Source: Eledone cirrhosa
Lineage: Eukaryota
Reading direction: 5' to 3'
Assembly (NCBI GenBank): GCA_964016885.1
Contig: CAXHJY010001591.1
Span: 1 to 64,000 of the forward strand
Length of the DNA stretch: 64,000 nt
A program made the position numbers and the translations under genes. The notes beneath the pieces were generated by a model. It was not told the DNA's origin. It worked only from the letters and a program-made list of their open reading frames with translations, and made no database searches. This document shows positions 58,601-64,000 of the stretch, piece after piece (within the stretch, counting starts at the first letter, position 1; each line of letters opens with the position of its first letter).

Positions 58601-59493
58601 GATGGAAAAAGTTCAGAGAGCTTATACCACTATTGGCCGCTAAAGGGTTCTCTCTAAAAATGAAAGGCAGGCTGTATGATGCCTGCATACGAACAGCAAT
58701 GTTACATGCAGTGAGACCTGGGCATTTTGTGCAGAGGATATACAAAGACTGGAGAGAAACGAAGCTTGCATGCTCCGCTGGATGTGTAATAGTAATATAC
58801 GCGAACGGCAAAACATAAACGAACTAAGGGAGAAATTAGGAATAAGAGGGATCAGATGTTGTTTACTCGAGAGAAGACTACGTTGGTACGGTCACGTGAT
58901 GCGCATGAAAAAGACGACTGCTGTATAAAAAAGTGCAGGGCGATAAAAATAGACGGTAGCCATGGAGTAGGCAGACCCAGAAAAACCTGGGACGAGCTGA
59001 TAAATTCCGACCTCACACACTTACACCTCTCCAAGACAATGTCACTGGACCGAGATCTTTGACCCTACACAGTCATACAGAAGACCCGCCTTGCCTAAGT
59101 ACAAAGCGAAACCTACAGTCAGTAGGCACCTCTAACAAAATACACCCCCGTCCCACTACCACCCCGTCCCACTACTCCCACCCCATCCACACCGCCCCTT
59201 TCAATGTAAAGTTATGTTGGTACCACAACATCCAGGCCGAAACAAATGAGGTCGTGTAGGTGTCACGACAAAAAAAACACACAGTCCACGCTGTAATGTG
59301 GCCGTGTAGGTAACACGGTAAAAACCTCCCAGTCCACACTGTAAACGTGGTTGGTGTTAGGAAGGGAATCCAGCCATAGAAAACCCGCCAGACAGTCCTA
59401 TACGAGCAGGACAACAAATCTTGCCTCAAATGGGAAACCTCCTGTCCAAACCCATGTAAGCGTGGAAGATGGACGTTAAACGATGATGATGAT
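55655..59493 (+). mobile_element. Near full-length RTE-clade LINE
   Basis: Short 5' UTR, a single APE-RT ORF, 3' UTR, (GAT)n tail, TA-rich flanks. Confidence 0.93.
55876..58818 (+). CDS. RTE APE endonuclease + RT with a Cys/His zinc-finger insertion; C-terminus frameshifted at ~58709 and ~58909 (native end ~59100)
   Basis: GTMNVGTL, CIQETRW, GDLNGHVG, VDYIL, QHRL; KAAGP, NYRGIKL, FVDLEKAFDRV, GVHQGSVLSPLLF, YADD; CSVC..CPKC..WVH..C..CGRC. Confidence 0.92.
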   Translation: MDEGISGESEESGHSVTMPKITTNSPHAAGRKGKAPSSLFRLRLANITPTPSPSPLPAPHPPNTIQNFRVGTMNVGTLKGRSNEVVEMLERKEVDVCCIQETRWRGGSARFIVGKKRCYKLFWVGNDNGIGGVGIMLAEKWVDKIIDVNRVNDRIIKIRLVLNRTTVTVISAYTPQSGLPGAIKDRFYETLMLTTSQITDSDYIIIAGDLNGHVGQHCDGYDGIHGGYGFGTRNEEGSRILEFCDANNLTICNTNFKKRDNHSITYRSGEHTSQVDYILTRRRDRVSVVNTKSFPHEECTSQHRLIISDLIVRTRRTRQQKRTILRRKIWKLKDPTARNKFKSILLDAFDSKEEQLESNNIEEQWEFLNANLLMAADEVCGWSRPIGRRRVTWWWNSKVEGLIKAKKQAWKAWRDGGSKEDYQVARREARRQVYFARREAEERKFKHVLQREDQKREVFRIARQCVIVGEKCVLNDDGVLAITDADKKVAWKCHYERLLNEENKWEKDSLPHIDPIEGPAVLVEGSIISKAIKDMKTGKAAGPSEIVAEMLKASGTVGHTMVTRIVNQVIQNGVVPKVWRSSIIVNCYKGKGDALDRSNYRGIKLIDQVMKVTEKVIAQLIRERIDLDEMQFGFVSGKSTTDAIFIVRQLQEKYLAKSKPLYLAFVDLEKAFDRVPRSIIWWALRKLGVDEWLVRAIQAMYKETVSKVRINNEYSEEFSVKVGVHQGSVLSPLLFIIALQAITVEFKTGCPWELLYADDLTLIAKSMAELEKKFQTWKHGLESKGLKINLAKTKVLVCRKENKAPVPSGKWPCSVCRKGVGRNSILCPKCKVWVHKRCSGITGKLTKNIDFICGRCSGAISSSKCPHNTSSFHCTDGSIEIVVTFRYLGDKISSGGGCSESTVARVRTGWKKFRELIPLLAAKGFSLKMKGRLYDACIRTAMLHAVRPGHFVQRIYKDWRETKLACSAGCVIVIYANGKT

Positions 59494-59530
59494 ATATATA
59501 TATACATACATCATTATTTCATCATTTCAC

Positions 59531-59866
59531 GAGTTCAAATCCCGCCGAGGTTAATTTTGCCTTTCATCCTTCCGGGGTCGATAGAATAAAGTACCAGTAA
59601 TGCATTGGATCATTGATGGCCTTGTGCCAAAAGTAGAAACAATTATTTCATCATTTCATTTTACGTGGGACGGGAACTGATTCTGGCTTGATTTCTACAT
59701 TTACAGTGAGTGCTGGGTGCTTTTTTTTTCGTGGCGCCTACACGTCCACTTTACAGTGTGGGCTGGGTGCTTTTAGGCCGTGGCTCCTCCACGACCACTT
59801 TGCTGTGGATAGCTGAGTAAACTGGAGCAATGTGAAATAAAGTGTCTTGCTCAATGAAACAACACA
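59531..59866. mobile_element. SINE remnants (59531-59644 plus strand; ~59810-59866 minus strand) with RTE-UTR-like pieces between them
   Basis: B-box-like GAGTTCAAATCC followed by gcctttcatcct..ggggtcgata..aaagtacc; also actggagcaatgtgaaataaagtgtcttgctcaa. Both resemble octopus SINEs as I recall them. Confidence 0.6.
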
Positions 59867-59871
59867 TTACA

Positions 59872-59905
<34 letters not shown>

Positions 59906-60010
59906 CATATATACATATATATATATACATATATATATATACATATATATACATATACATATATATAATTATATATATATACATATATATATATATACAT
60001 ATACCTATAC

Positions 60011-60041
<31 letters not shown>

Positions 60042-60168
60042 CATATATATATTTTTACATATACATATACATATTTATACATATACATATACATATACAT
60101 ATATATATTTATACATATATATATATATATGCATATACATACATAATCATAGATATATACATATATAT

Positions 60169-60210
<42 letters not shown>

Positions 60211-60242
60211 GCATAATCATAGATATATACATATATATACAC

Positions 60243-60279
<37 letters not shown>

Positions 60280-60380
60280 CATAATCATAGATATATACAT
60301 ATATATACACATATGCATATATATATATATATATATATACATATACATACATAATCATAGATATATACATATATATACAC

Positions 60381-60461
<81 letters not shown>

Positions 60462-60508
60462 CAGTGACAAAACTTAAGTCAATTGCATGAACTCATAATC
60501 CTTTATTT

Positions 60509-60564
60509 ACTGCCATATATATTTTGATGATAGCCATTGAATGGCTATGACCTCATCAGGCAGT
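60509..60564 (-). ncRNA. Degenerate hammerhead (family M) in a ~155 bp island
   Basis: ACTGC-CTGATGA-GGTcATAGCCA/TGGCTATcATC-AAAA-TATATA-TG-GCAGT; G12 and N17 are mutated. Confidence 0.55.
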
Positions 60565-60642
60565 TAGTCAGTTCTTAGATATGCCAGCTCTGTGTTGATG
60601 GTGTCAGAGCCTTGGGACATATACATATACATATATTTATAT

Positions 60643-60719
<77 letters not shown>

Positions 60720-60721
60720 TG

Positions 60722-62309
<1,588 letters not shown>

Positions 62310-62376
62310 GTATATATATATGTGTGTATATATATATGTGTATATGTATTTATATATATATATATAAATGTATTTA

Positions 62377-62453
<77 letters not shown>

Positions 62454-62562
62454 TTATATATATATATATGTATTTATATATATATATATATGTATTTATA
62501 TATATTTATATATATGTATTTATATATATATATATATATGTATTTATATATATATATGTATT

Positions 62563-62594
<32 letters not shown>

Positions 62595-62646
62595 TATGTA
62601 TTTATATATATGTATATATATGTATTTATGTATATATATATATATG

Positions 62647-62744
<98 letters not shown>

Positions 62745-62764
62745 TATATATATATATATATATA

Positions 62765-62811
<47 letters not shown>

Positions 62812-62815
<4 letters not shown>

Positions 62816-64000
62816 AAGTTAAATAAAAAATCAAATGATTAAAATTTAGCTTCGTTTATTACTGCTATATATATTTCAGTGACAGCCATCTTTGGCTGTG
62901 ACCTCTTCAGGCAGTTTGAATTAGTATGGTATAGTATTGGAGTTAGCTTAAAATTAGTATGGTATAGTATTGGAGTTAGCTTAAAAAATTGATAAAATGG
63001 TAGAAAATTACCAACACACAAAACATGGAGTACCTTTTTCAATCAAGTAGGAATCCCCCCCACAACAGACTAATGGAGGAGTTTGAAAACGAGATGATTA
63101 ACATCATATCCAACCTCAAATTCTCCGGAAACCCAACCAGAAGTCAGGAGTACCTCAGACACCTGAGAAACCGGATTACAGTACTTAAAGGGACAACTGG
63201 AATACTTGTCCATGCTGACAAAACAAACAACCTCTACAACATGAATACTGAACTGTACAATAAGCTAATCCTCAGGGAACTGAGGAAGTGCTACAAAAAA
63301 CACCTGGATTTACCCTAGATGAGATCAATGCCACAGCTTACAGGATTATATCCAGAATAGGCATAGAGGACAGGGCGGCCCCATACCAACCAAGGGAGCC
63401 GCGGATTACCCTTAAAGACCACAAGCCAAACTTTGAGTCCGACCTCCCTGTCAGACTAATAGCCCCCTCCAGATCTGACCTAGGGATCGTCAGTAAAAGA
63501 ATACTGGATAGAATTTTGCCCAAGCTTCGGAAGAAAACTAAATTACAGCAATGGTCATGCACGGGAGAAGTAATAGAATGGTTTAAAATACTGCATGAGA
63601 AAAGTAGGACCAGCTTTATACAACTGGACATCGCAAGCTACTACTCCTCAATCTCACCCATAGTACTTAATAAGGCCCTATTTTTAGCCATGTCCAATAC
63701 AGACCTAACCCGAGAGGAGGTGAGCATCATCCACGCCGCAAGAAAGACCTTAATCCGCTTCGATGGAGACCTTTGGACCAGGAGTGATTGGCCAAATAAC
63801 TTTGACATCACGATGGGCTCCAGCGACTCAGCGCAGGTAACGGACCTGGTTGGGCTCTACCTGCGGAAGCAGATAAAAGATGAAATCCCCTGCCTGGGCG
63901 GCGGATTATATCGTGACGATGCTCTATTCACAGTATATGACCACAGCACCAATATGTTGGAGGGTATGAGGAGGCGTATTCGCCATTTCTTTAAGAACCA
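62812..64000 (+). mobile_element. Naiad-type PLE with a probable inverted 5' pLTR piece; runs off the window
   Basis: From 63025: FENEM..LKF, VHADKTNNLY, a frameshift at ~63310, then LKDHKPNF, RLIAP, LDIASYY, MGSSDSAQ, GLYRDD. Confidence 0.88.
62861..62915 (-). ncRNA. Type I hammerhead ribozyme (family M)
   Basis: ACTGC-CTGAAGA-GGTcACAGCCA/TGGCTGTcACT-GAAA-TATATA-TA-GCAGT. Confidence 0.82.

Noticed and set aside
59531-59545. tRNA gene
   Set aside because: Only a B-box-like motif is present, with no cloverleaf; the context fits a SINE.

Overview
This is eukaryotic, AT-rich DNA made almost entirely of repeats, and I can recognise no host gene. It is probably a cephalopod (Octopus-like); that is inferred from SINE and RTE tail sequences I recall, not from a search. 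Roughly 10 kb is long, interrupted (TA)n arrays, and nearly all the YIYI-type ORFs in the track are artefacts of these. Between the arrays is a nest of mobile elements. (1) Penelope-like elements (PLEs): five divergent Naiad-type copies (YRDD RT, CxCx5Cx5C linker, C-terminal GIY-YIG) and two Neptune/Nematis-like families. (2) A 7.5 kb Helitron with a spliced, frameshifted RepHel gene and a nested pogo-like MITE. (3) A CR1-group LINE in a fold-back arrangement. (4) A near-complete RTE LINE plus fragments, and SINE remnants. The most striking feature is about 25 type I hammerhead ribozyme (HHR) motifs from about 13 families, all folded by eye. Four families have a U3-A8 core (TTGANAA) instead of CTGANGA, and most have palindromic stem III sequences. 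Many sit in head-to-head inverted pseudo-LTR (pLTR) units whose two outward-facing ends usually abut (TA)n. Coordinates were read by hand and element boundaries are approximate.
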